Shown: one piece after another, positions 1-6,049 of the stretch
How positions within the stretch are numbered: position 1 is the stretch's first letter
Layout of the letters: every line of letters starts with the position of its first letter
NCBI GenBank assembly: GCA_964534375.1
Contig: CAZHPN010000164.1
Span: forward strand, 1 to 13,453
Direction: 5' to 3'
Source of the DNA: an uncultured bacterium
Lineage (GTDB): Bacteria; Lernaellota; Lernaellaia; Lernaellales; Lernaellaceae
Length of the DNA: 13,453 nucleotides
Program-made: the position numbers and the translations under genes
The notes under the pieces: model-generated
Databases searched by the model: none
Told to the model about the DNA's origin: nothing
The model's input: only the letters and a program-made list of their open reading frames with translations

Positions 1-361
1 CGCCGTCGCAATCGTAGCCGAGGCCGAGCCAGTCTTCGCAGATGTGCGCCTGGCCGGTGCGGCACATCTGGCAAACGCCGCAGAACAGGTGCCCTTCGCC
101 GGACACGTAATCGCCGACGGCGAAGCGTTTGAGCGCGGCGCCGGTGGCGACGATCTCGCCGGCGAATTCGTGGCCGATGACGCGCGGCGTTTGCACGCGA
201 TGCTGCGACCACGCGTCCCAATTGTAGATGTGCAGATCGGTGCCGCAGATGGCGACTTTGTCGATCTTGATCAGCGCTTCGTTGGCTTTCGGCGTCGGCT
301 GCGGCAGGTCGCGCATCTCCAGCCCGCCGGGTTCCCGCCTAACTTTGACAATCGCTTTCAT
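1..361 (-). CDS. tdh: L-threonine 3-dehydrogenase (Zn-dependent MDR family), 5' part; runs off the left edge
   Basis: Manual translation from ATG at 361: MKAIVKVRREPGGLEMRDLPQPTPKANEALIKIDKVAICGTDLHIYNWDAWSQHRVQTPRVIGHEFAGEIVATG...GDYVSGEGHLFCGVCQMCRTGQAHIC... It has the catalytic Zn ligands (CGTD, GHE), the four structural-Zn cysteines, and the Tdh-typical ICGTDLHIYNWDxW and SGEGH motifs. It is absent from the ORF track because no stop codon lies in the window. Confidence 0.9.
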   Translation of the reverse strand, partial: MKAIVKVRREPGGLEMRDLPQPTPKANEALIKIDKVAICGTDLHIYNWDAWSQHRVQTPRVIGHEFAGEIVATGAALKRFAVGDYVSGEGHLFCGVCQMCRTGQAHICEDWLGLGYDCDG

Positions 362-407
362 GGATGTTCACTCTCGCTCGCTGTTGATGGATCGTCCGCC
401 GCGCGGC

Positions 408-1163
408 TCACTTCGCCGGCAGCGCCGCCTGCAATTTGGTGAGCTGCTCCTTGAAATACGCGCATTCCCACGCGTTCTCCGGGCAGCCGCTTTGGGCCAA
501 TCCCGCGTCGGCCGCCGCCCGCGCTTTGTCCCACTTCTTGTCTTCGCGGTACAGGTCGGCCAGGTAGTAGTAGGTGCGGATCATGCACGGCGCCGCGGCG
601 ATCGCGCGTCGGAAGTAGTCCTCGGCCTTGTCCGCGTTCCGCAGGAAGAAGGGCAGCTTCTGATAATAGAGGCCCATCGCCCGCAGCGGCCCGGCATCGT
701 CGTACGCGGGGTTCAGGGCGATGGCCCGATTGCCGTACGTCTCGAATTTCTTGGCCAGGCCGTCTTTCACCGCCTTGCCGATGCCGACGCCCTTCGAATA
801 CTCGCCGACGCCGCAGCAGGCGAAGAAATGTCCTTCGACGCCGTTCGGATTCAACTCGATCGCCTTCTGGCCCCAATCCCACGCCTGCTTGCCGTACATT
901 TTCTTCACTTCTTTGCTTTCGGTGCGATCACAGATCCAGAACGCCGCCCGCGCGGCGCGCCAGGCGATATCATATTTAGGCGTCGCGGCGAAGGCCTTTT
1001 CGGCTAACTCGAGAATTTGCTTCGGAATCGCGTCCGTCCCGCCGCGCTGGGCGTACAGGGCGTCCATTTGGGCGACGGGATCGTCGGCCTTGGCCTGACC
1101 GTTCCAGCAGCATACGGCGAGCAGCGCGACCAGCAACAACGCCCATTGTTTGCGCGAAAACAT
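408..1163 (-). CDS. Secreted tetratricopeptide-repeat (TPR) protein, TatT/BstC/RMDN-like
   Basis: ATG at 1163 has AAGGGGG 6 nt upstream, preferred over the TTG at 1169. Signal peptide MFSRKQWALLLVALLAVCCWNGQAKA. TPR-type motifs KAIELNPNGVEGHFF, AIALNPAYDDAGPLRAMGLYY and AEDYFRRAIAAAP...YYYLADLY. Confidence 0.8.
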   Translation of the reverse strand: MFSRKQWALLLVALLAVCCWNGQAKADDPVAQMDALYAQRGGTDAIPKQILELAEKAFAATPKYDIAWRAARAAFWICDRTESKEVKKMYGKQAWDWGQKAIELNPNGVEGHFFACCGVGEYSKGVGIGKAVKDGLAKKFETYGNRAIALNPAYDDAGPLRAMGLYYQKLPFFLRNADKAEDYFRRAIAAAPCMIRTYYYLADLYREDKKWDKARAAADAGLAQSGCPENAWECAYFKEQLTKLQAALPAK

Positions 1164-1250
1164 ACCCAACCCCCTTATTTTCCGGCCGCGACGGCCGGCC
1201 GTGCCGTGGAGTTCGCGGCCCCTGGGACCCGCCCTTTTTTCTGTCGGCCT

Positions 1251-1279
1251 TTTCTAATCCCGCCGCCGGGCCGCGACAA
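1251..1279 (-). promoter_or_regulatory. Putative sigma70-type promoter for TPR-tdh
   Basis: Minus strand TTGTCG (1279-1274), 17 nt spacer, TAGAAA (1256-1251), about 85 nt upstream of the TPR start. Both hexamers are imperfect. Confidence 0.35.
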
Positions 1280-1395
1280 GTGGGGGGCGGGCGCGAATTT
1301 CTGTGGCGCGGGTTCGGCTTTTCGCGGCAGCGCGCAGCGGGGCGGAGTTCGGTCGACGGCGGCGCCCGGGGTTCGAGGCCGCCATTCTCTTTTCA

Positions 1396-1408
1396 ATTCA
1401 GATGCTTA
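1396..1408 (+). promoter_or_regulatory. Putative IHF binding site
   Basis: ATTCAGATGCTTA matches WATCAANNNNTTR with 2 mismatches. It follows a T-rich tract (ttctcttttca) and lies about 30 nt upstream of the sigma54 -24 element, a typical placement. Confidence 0.35.
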
Positions 1409-1434
1409 CAACGCGCCATGATTTTGGCGGGAAG

Positions 1435-1451
1435 TTGGTGCATAATTTGCA
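1435..1451 (+). promoter_or_regulatory. Putative sigma54 (RpoN) -24/-12 promoter
   Basis: TTGGTGCATAATTTGCA: GG (1437-1438), exactly 10 nt, GC (1449-1450), in TTGG...TTGCA context (consensus YTGGCACG-N4-TTGCW). The implied start near 1462 lies just before the RBS AAGGA (1465-1469) and ATG 1478. Confidence 0.6.
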
Positions 1452-1477
1452 AAATAACGCGCGCAAGGACGGCGCAA

Positions 1478-2797
1478 ATGAAAAATTCTCTTCGCCTGTT
1501 GGCGATTCTCGCGTTTCTCGGGGCGACCGCCGGCTGCGGCCACGTGGCGCCGGTCGCGTCGCCCCTGCCGCATACCGCGGCGGTCGTGCACCCGGCCGGC
1601 GGTCCCGGTCCGGCCTATTTGTTCGCCTCGAACCGCTTCGTCGGCATGGTGTTTCGCATCGATCTGGCAAACCAGGCCGTCGACGGCGTGTTGGTCGGCA
1701 GCAAACCGAACAACCTCGCCGGCAGCCCCGACGGCACGCTGATCGCGGTGGCCAACGAGGACAGCGGCAGCGTCAGCCTCATCGAGGCGGTGAAACTTCG
1801 CGTGTACGAAATTCCGACCGGCGCGTATCCGTTGGACGTTCGCTTTTCGCCGGACGGCCAATGGCTGGCGGTCGCGAACTACAACGACGAAAGCGTGACC
1901 TTGATCGACCCGGCGAGCCGCGAAACCTGGCGCATTTGGGTGGGCGGCGGTCCGGCGAGCGTCGATTTCGACGCCGCGTCGCAATTTGTCGTCGTCGCCT
2001 GCTTCGACGCCAACGCGGTGGTTCTGCTCAGCGTCGCCGGGAAAAAACTCGTCGCGACCTGGTCGCTGGCCGATCTTCTCCAATCTGGCGTCGGCGGGCC
2101 GCAGACCGTCGCGTTCGGGCCCCGCGATTCCGCCTTCGGCAACACGTTTTTCGTCGGTCTGAACACCGGCGCGACGGGAACCAGCGCGAACTCCGTCGCG
2201 GTCGTTCCGTTCCCGCGGCTCTTTTATGACGATCCGACGGTCACGCCGACCGATGCGCAACTCGTCCAGGCCGGCCCGAATCCGTCCGGCTTCGTTTGGA
2301 ACCACGACCTGACCAAGTTGCTGACCGTCAACCATCGGGATTTCGGCGGCGGCTCGACCGAAGGCGATTCCGTCAGCGAACTCGTCTATCAGTCCGACGG
2401 CAGTCTGTCGCCGCCGCCCGCGCCGCCGCCGGCCGCGCCGTTTCAATTGGCGGTCGCGCAGACCCAGTGGCTCGTGAATCTGACGCCGGTCTGGAGACAG
2501 GTTTCCGGGTTCGTCGTCGGCGTCAACCCGACCTCGGCCGTCCTGGCGCCCGACAGCGATCTGGTCGCCGTCGCCAGCAACGACAGCGCTGAGGTTTCTT
2601 TCCTCGATCTGGCGACCAGCGGCATGACGACCGTTCCCGTCGCGGCGTCGCCGTATGCGCTGGCGTACTCGCCGTCCGGGGAATATGTCTTCGTTGTTCA
2701 CGAGACGCCGCTGATGCCGGTCAGCCTGGTGAACGTCGCCGACGGCACGTCGCACATTTTGTACAAGAGCCTGTCCATGAAGCGTTGGCTTCCCTAA
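1478..2797 (+). CDS. YVTN/YncE-family beta-propeller lipoprotein (about 8 blades, 439 aa)
   Basis: Start moved to ATG 1478 (RBS AAGGA). Lipoprotein signal MKNSLRLLAILAFLGATAG-C20. Repeated blade motifs SPDGTLIAVANEDSGSVSLIE, SPDGQWLAVANYNDESVTLID, APDSDLVAVASNDSAEVSFLD, SPSGEYVFVVH. Confidence 0.85.
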   Translation: MKNSLRLLAILAFLGATAGCGHVAPVASPLPHTAAVVHPAGGPGPAYLFASNRFVGMVFRIDLANQAVDGVLVGSKPNNLAGSPDGTLIAVANEDSGSVSLIEAVKLRVYEIPTGAYPLDVRFSPDGQWLAVANYNDESVTLIDPASRETWRIWVGGGPASVDFDAASQFVVVACFDANAVVLLSVAGKKLVATWSLADLLQSGVGGPQTVAFGPRDSAFGNTFFVGLNTGATGTSANSVAVVPFPRLFYDDPTVTPTDAQLVQAGPNPSGFVWNHDLTKLLTVNHRDFGGGSTEGDSVSELVYQSDGSLSPPPAPPPAAPFQLAVAQTQWLVNLTPVWRQVSGFVVGVNPTSAVLAPDSDLVAVASNDSAEVSFLDLATSGMTTVPVAASPYALAYSPSGEYVFVVHETPLMPVSLVNVADGTSHILYKSLSMKRWLP

Positions 2798-2807
2798 GGA
2801 GGCGGCG

Positions 2808-3452
2808 ATGCGCAAAACGATTCTCGCCGCCGCCTTCGCCCTGTGTTTCGCCTCGGCGGCGCACGCCGGCGAGTACGCCCTGCAGGTGCAGGGATTTTTC
2901 ACGCACCTGTTCATTCCCGGCCACGATTGGCAAAGCCTCTACTTCGATGCGCCGGCGAACGGCGGCGGCGCGACGGTCGACACCGAGTTGTTCCAGGGCC
3001 TCGGGCCGTACCTGACCGTCGAGGGCGTCGGCGTCCGGCGCTTCATCGACGGCGGCATTCGCGTCGGACTGGGCCTGACCGAAGGCGCGCTGGGCGCTTC
3101 GTACCGTATTTTCCCGGCGCCGTGGTTCGGGCCTAGCGCCCACGTCGGCGCACTGTATTTCAGGGCTGCCGAGACCATTGCCGACAACGTTTTCACGTAT
3201 AAGTTGGGGCACGGCGGCTTTGGCTTCGACGCCGGCGTCGATCTGAATTTTTACCCGTGGGCCCGCATCAAGAATGGCGCGCGCGGCATCGCTTTCCGCG
3301 TCGGCGCCGGCTACCAGTTGCGGCCGCTGGCCGGTTTCGGCGATTTGAAAAGCGTTTCGGGTTGGAACGTCGCCGCGGGGCTCGCCTACCGGTTCGACTG
3401 GGGCCGCCGCGAACCGGCGCCGCCGGCGCCCGTCCCGCCGTCAGGTCCGTAA
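2808..3452 (+). CDS. Small outer-membrane beta-barrel protein (OmpA/OmpW-like, probably 8 strands)
   Basis: Strong RBS AAGGAGG overlapping the upstream stop. Signal peptide ends in AHA. Alternating amphipathic strands GFGFDAGVDLNF, IAFRVGAGYQ and GWNVAAGLAYRF (beta-signal-like), followed by a Pro-rich tail. Confidence 0.8.
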   Translation: MRKTILAAAFALCFASAAHAGEYALQVQGFFTHLFIPGHDWQSLYFDAPANGGGATVDTELFQGLGPYLTVEGVGVRRFIDGGIRVGLGLTEGALGASYRIFPAPWFGPSAHVGALYFRAAETIADNVFTYKLGHGGFGFDAGVDLNFYPWARIKNGARGIAFRVGAGYQLRPLAGFGDLKSVSGWNVAAGLAYRFDWGRREPAPPAPVPPSGP

Positions 3453-3455
3453 GAT

Positions 3456-4868
3456 TTATTCCGCGATTTTGTGATATGTCGAGTTGTCGACCAGCAAACG
3501 GTTGACGACATTGCCGCCGGTGTCGGCGACGAAAATCCAATCGAGGCCCGGCACGTGCCGCGACGGGGTAACCAGCAGCCCCTGCGGCAAGAGGCCGACC
3601 GGAATCGGCGCCTGCTGTTCCGTCGTCTGGAGGCGGAACGTGTCGCCCTCGGATTCGTGGAAGGTCCCGGCGACGATCAGGAACTTGAGCTGGCCCTTGT
3701 CGGAAATGTAAGCCTGGCCCGTGTACGCCAGATTCGCCTGGAGTCCGCTGACGGTCCCGTTTACGGTCCAGTCGTCGTTGATTTGGTCGTACACGATGGT
3801 CCAGATCTCGTTGCGCGTGAGGCAGTCGGTAACCACAATATTGGTCATCGTCGGGTTGCTGAACGGATCCTGGTCGAAGAACACCGGCTGGTAGTAGCTG
3901 GCGACGCACGCGCGGTTTTGATCGGGATAGAAATAGTACAAATTCCCGTCGTCGCTCGTGATGAAACCCACCTTGCCGTCGGTCGTCAAAATCATGTCGT
4001 TCAGCGGCGCCTCCCAGGTGAACAAGTCGGCGGTTTGCGTCCAATTCGCCAGGTCGATGATGTGCAGTTGCACCGGGTCCCTGTTCAGCACGTACAGCAC
4101 GTCGCCAGCCACGCTCTCGACCATGCGGTCCGGGTTGCCCCCGAGGTAGAGCGAGTCGTCGAGCACCGTGTGCGTGGCGGTGTCCACGACGCGTACGGTC
4201 GCGTCCGCGCCCGTCACGTACGCCAGCGTGCCATCCCGGCTCACCAGCAGGCCGACCGGTGCGCTCGGCAACGCCACCTGGCCCGATAGCTCGTTTTTCA
4301 CGTTATCCCAGGTCACCAATTCGCTGCCGTCCGGGTCGGTGAACCAGACTTCCGGCTTCGCCGTCCACGCCGGCGGCACCGTCGCCGTAAACGACGCCGC
4401 GTCGATGGACGCCGGCGCGACGGAAACGCGCGCCTCGCGGAGAGCCAGCAGCAGTTTGGTCACGGCGAACGGCACGGGCGGCTGAATGAGGCGAATCGGC
4501 GCCAAGTTGGCGTCGGTCACGTAAATTTCGCTGCCGTCCGGCGTGATCGCGATGTCGTACGGCGCCAGGCCGACCCAAACCGTGTTGGGTTGATAAGGCA
4601 CGCGGTGCGCGCTGCTGATGATCTTGTCGGATTCGGCGGTCAGCACCGTCACGTTGCCGCCGAAGGAATTGATGGCGTAGACGAGCGGGCCGGTCACGGT
4701 ATTGGTCGTTGACGGCTGCGCCGCCAGGCGTGTCGGCCCGTAGAAATGGCGATGCGTCGCGCCCACTTTCGCGGGTTGGGTGCAGGCCACGGCGGCCCAG
4801 AGCGCCGCGGCGAAGACGGCGAGCGCGGCAAGACCGGCAAGAGAGCGGAAGTTCGCGCCGTCGGTCAT
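3456..4868 (-). CDS. YVTN/YncE-like beta-propeller lipoprotein (about 7 blades, 470 aa) with an inserted beta-rich domain
   Basis: Start moved to ATG 4868, which overlaps the upstream TGA (ATGA). Lipoprotein signal ...ALWAAVA-C29. Blades VYAINSFGGNVTVL, TPDGSEIYVTD, VWFTDPDG, SRDGTLAYVTGADATVRVVD, LYVLNRD, TTDGKVGFITSDDG, IFVADTGGNVV. Confidence 0.85.
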   Translation of the reverse strand: MTDGANFRSLAGLAALAVFAAALWAAVACTQPAKVGATHRHFYGPTRLAAQPSTTNTVTGPLVYAINSFGGNVTVLTAESDKIISSAHRVPYQPNTVWVGLAPYDIAITPDGSEIYVTDANLAPIRLIQPPVPFAVTKLLLALREARVSVAPASIDAASFTATVPPAWTAKPEVWFTDPDGSELVTWDNVKNELSGQVALPSAPVGLLVSRDGTLAYVTGADATVRVVDTATHTVLDDSLYLGGNPDRMVESVAGDVLYVLNRDPVQLHIIDLANWTQTADLFTWEAPLNDMILTTDGKVGFITSDDGNLYYFYPDQNRACVASYYQPVFFDQDPFSNPTMTNIVVTDCLTRNEIWTIVYDQINDDWTVNGTVSGLQANLAYTGQAYISDKGQLKFLIVAGTFHESEGDTFRLQTTEQQAPIPVGLLPQGLLVTPSRHVPGLDWIFVADTGGNVVNRLLVDNSTYHKIAE

Positions 4869-5962
4869 GGAATGCCCCAGATCTGGTCCTTGGTCATGGC
4901 GTCGTAGAGCGTCAGGTTGTGGCCTTTGAAATTGACCGACAACGCGTAGTAGTAATCCGGCCGTTCGGGCCGCGCAAAGAAGCGGATGTCGCACGGTCCG
5001 CCGCTGGCCGGCAACGACACCAGCGGCACGCCGGTTTCCGCATCCACCGGGATGACGGAATCGCTATCGAAATTCGTCACCCACACTTCCTTGCCGTCGG
5101 GGCGCACGGCGACGCCCATGGGGGCGCCGTCCATCGGCGCCGTACGGATCACGGCTTGCGCCGCATTGAGCGGCAACAGCGTCGCGTCGATCATCAGCAG
5201 GCCCGCCGGATGGCTCGAAGCGACGTACAAGCGGCGGCCGTCGGGCGAGAAATCGAGGCCGCGATAATCGTAGCCGGTCAGCGTCCGCGCCGTGGTCACG
5301 CCGAAGCTGGTCAGAAAATTGCCGTTTGCGCTGTCCAGGATCGAAACGGTGTTGATTCGCAAATTGGTCACGTAGACGTACTTGCCCTGCCGATCGTACT
5401 TCACGTCGTTGACGCCATTGGCCAACGTCGTGCTCGTCAGCAACTGGTTTGTCGCCAGATCGATGATCGAGACGTGCCCGCTTTGCTCGCAGGCGACGAA
5501 CAAACGCGCGCCGTCGGGCGAGAGCGCCAACCCGTAGGGCTGCAAGGCCGTCGGGATTCCGGCGAACCCGACTTGCGGGTTGATGGAAATCGGCTGCGGG
5601 TTCGCCGGGTCCGACAGGTCGAACAGCAGCACGGTGTTGATCCGCCGATCCGTCACGTAGGCGGTCTTGCCGTCGTTGCTGAGGACGATCTTGCCGAGGA
5701 AGGGATCGGTTTTCAGCCGGCGGATGACGCACAGGTCCCCGCGCGTCAGCGCGATGCGCAGGTCGATGGTCGAGAGGAAGCCGTGCTTGTCGGCGGACAA
5801 GCCGAAATTCCCGTTCGTGACGTACGCATAGGGCCAATTGATCGCGATGCCGACCGGCGAGTTGAACACGCCTTCGGTGCTGTTGGCCGGCGGTTCGGCG
5901 CACGCCGACAAACCGGCTGCGACCAGCGATAAAATCACGGCCATCACGAGCAAGCGCCGCAA
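4865..5962 (-). CDS. YVTN/YncE-family 7-bladed beta-propeller lipoprotein (365 aa)
   Basis: TTG start with AAAGGA 7 nt upstream. Lipobox LSA-C21. Literal YVTN repeats: AYVTNGN, DGKTAYVTD, SPDGARLFVAC, YVYVTNLRINTVSILD, SPDGRRLYVAS, RPDGKEVWVTNFDSDSVIPVD. Confidence 0.88.
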   Translation of the reverse strand: MRRLLVMAVILSLVAAGLSACAEPPANSTEGVFNSPVGIAINWPYAYVTNGNFGLSADKHGFLSTIDLRIALTRGDLCVIRRLKTDPFLGKIVLSNDGKTAYVTDRRINTVLLFDLSDPANPQPISINPQVGFAGIPTALQPYGLALSPDGARLFVACEQSGHVSIIDLATNQLLTSTTLANGVNDVKYDRQGKYVYVTNLRINTVSILDSANGNFLTSFGVTTARTLTGYDYRGLDFSPDGRRLYVASSHPAGLLMIDATLLPLNAAQAVIRTAPMDGAPMGVAVRPDGKEVWVTNFDSDSVIPVDAETGVPLVSLPASGGPCDIRFFARPERPDYYYALSVNFKGHNLTLYDAMTKDQIWGIP

Positions 5963-5998
5963 ATAAGGGTCCTTTCAGGGCAGTTCCACAGCCGGCGC

Positions 5999-6028
5999 AT
6001 CATACTGGCGCGGCTCCGCGCAAGTCAA
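5999..6028 (-). promoter_or_regulatory. Putative sigma70 promoter for the lipoprotein pair
   Basis: Minus strand TTGACT (6028-6023), 18 nt spacer, TATGAT (6004-5999). Both hexamers match consensus at 5/6. It lies 36 nt upstream of the TTG start. Confidence 0.6.
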
Positions 6029-6049
6029 CCGCCGCGCGAAAATTCACGG

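Noticed and set aside
1280..1477. Upstream extensions given in the ORF track (starts at 1280, 4994, 12485)
   Set aside because: The downstream starts at 1478, 4868 and 12332 have an RBS or stop-start overlap and put signal peptides or domain boundaries at the N-terminus.
1478..2797. Cytochrome cd1 nitrite reductase (NirS) or NirF/NirN call for the 8-blade propeller
   Set aside because: There is no CxxCH heme motif and no nir or heme d1 genes nearby. The similarity is only the generic propeller repeat.
408..3452. Split Slam-type lipoprotein exporter (TPR plus barrel)
   Set aside because: Slam barrels have 14 strands and are fused to their TPRs. This barrel is only about 175 aa, and the TPR gene is transcribed divergently.
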